The notes under the pieces are model-generated. The model was not told the DNA's origin, ran no database searches, and worked only from the letters and a program-made list of their open reading frames with translations. Made by a program: the position numbers and the translations under genes. This document shows, piece after piece, positions 32,003 to 32,684 of a stretch of DNA of 32,684 nt. This stretch comes from a virus (Duplodnaviria > Caudoviricetes), in IMG/VR virus record IMGVR_UViG_3300029258_004003, positions 1 to 32,684 of that record; one strand, written 5' to 3'. The first letter of the stretch is position 1; the number at the start of each line of letters is the position of its first letter.

Positions 32003-32630
32003 CTGATCTCACCTCCTTGACCTCGATCTGATCAGGGAGGCGCCCCATCGGCGGGATCACCGTGGGGCGCTCCTCGGCGCCGACCTCCTCCCAGATGCTG
32101 TCGAAGATGTCCTGGAGGAACTGGGCAAGCTCCCCGTCCTCCGAGATGTCGAGGTTTTCGATGTTCGGATTCGTGTTCAGGTTCATGGAGCCGCGGGCAA
32201 CCACATCATGCGTCTCGGACCTCACGAGCAGCATCTTGGAGTGGTTGCGGACTCCCCTGATTCCGTCGGCACCGAAGACGCTCTCGAGATGCCTCCGGTA
32301 GAGCTCTTTGCGGCGCGACTCCAGCGAGCGGTCGAGCAGGAACCGCAGGCTCCGTACGGACCCTTCCTCTATCAGGTACGCGCACCGCTCCAGGTCATAG
32401 TCGCCCGCCGTCCAGCTCGCCACCGTCACGTCGGCCGGCCCGGTCTGCCGCAGAATCGCGACGAGCACATCGATCATCGAAAACTGCCCGTAGGTGATGA
32501 TCGTCAGATCGTCACCGCGCCGGAGCTCGCCGATCGCATCGACAGCCGACTCCACGCGCGCGAGATGAAACCGCCTCGAGCTTCGCTCGCCTCGCCGCAG
32601 CACCCGCGCCCGTCCCTTCGCGATTTTCAA
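31926..32630 (-). CDS. Phospholipase D-superfamily (Nuc-like) protein, probable nuclease
   Basis: Single HxK...GSxN...E motif: NHSKMLLV...RGSMNLNTNPNIE. The TTG start is uncertain. Confidence 0.78.
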   Translation of the reverse strand: MKIAKGRARVLRRGERSSRRFHLARVESAVDAIGELRRGDDLTIITYGQFSMIDVLVAILRQTGPADVTVASWTAGDYDLERCAYLIEEGSVRSLRFLLDRSLESRRKELYRRHLESVFGADGIRGVRNHSKMLLVRSETHDVVARGSMNLNTNPNIENLDISEDGELAQFLQDIFDSIWEEVGAEERPTVIPPMGRLPDQIEVKEVRSDVIRRERVGECRSTHVVRRAPGRDL

Positions 32631-32684
32631 CGCCTTTTTCCTACCGTGGTTTTTTTGCCACAGTCATTTCCGCAGAATCCCGAC

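Larger units (their letters stand above)
1..32684 (-). mobile_element. Tailed phage or prophage segment (contractile tail, Mu-like head proteins); both ends lie outside the window
   Basis: Canonical order terminase-portal-protease-capsid-neck-sheath-tube-chaperone-tape measure-baseplate-fibres-lysis-recombination, all on the minus strand with coupled start and stop codons. Confidence 0.97.

Overview
The whole window is one GC-rich tailed-phage or prophage segment with a contractile (myovirus-type) tail. About 40 tightly coupled genes lie on the minus strand, many joined by ATGA, GTGA or TGATG overlaps. In transcription order (right to left): PLD-family nuclease-like protein, small-terminase candidate, HTH protein, large terminase, small HTH paralogue, Mu-like portal, S49 protease with nested scaffold, multi-domain head decoration protein, Mu gpT-like major capsid, head-tail and tail-completion genes, sheath, tube, tail chaperone with a -1 frameshift site, tape measure, baseplate, Asp-box fibre, LamG-type spike or fibre, a split lysis region, a 60-bp-repeat protein cassette, and an amidase endolysin. 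An AT-richer control region with a structured RNA candidate follows, then early genes (Xis-like HTH, SMC/Rad50-like ATPase, Zn-ribbon, YqaJ exonuclease running off the left edge). No integrase, transposase, tRNA, rRNA or CRISPR was seen. The most unusual candidates are a holin-like protein fused through an internal lipobox to a metzincin protease, a possible antisense or attenuator RNA switch at 3073-3240, paralogous HTH genes bracketing terL, and a PLD nuclease where HNH terminase cofactors usually sit. All family calls are motif or synteny recognition by eye; no searches were run.
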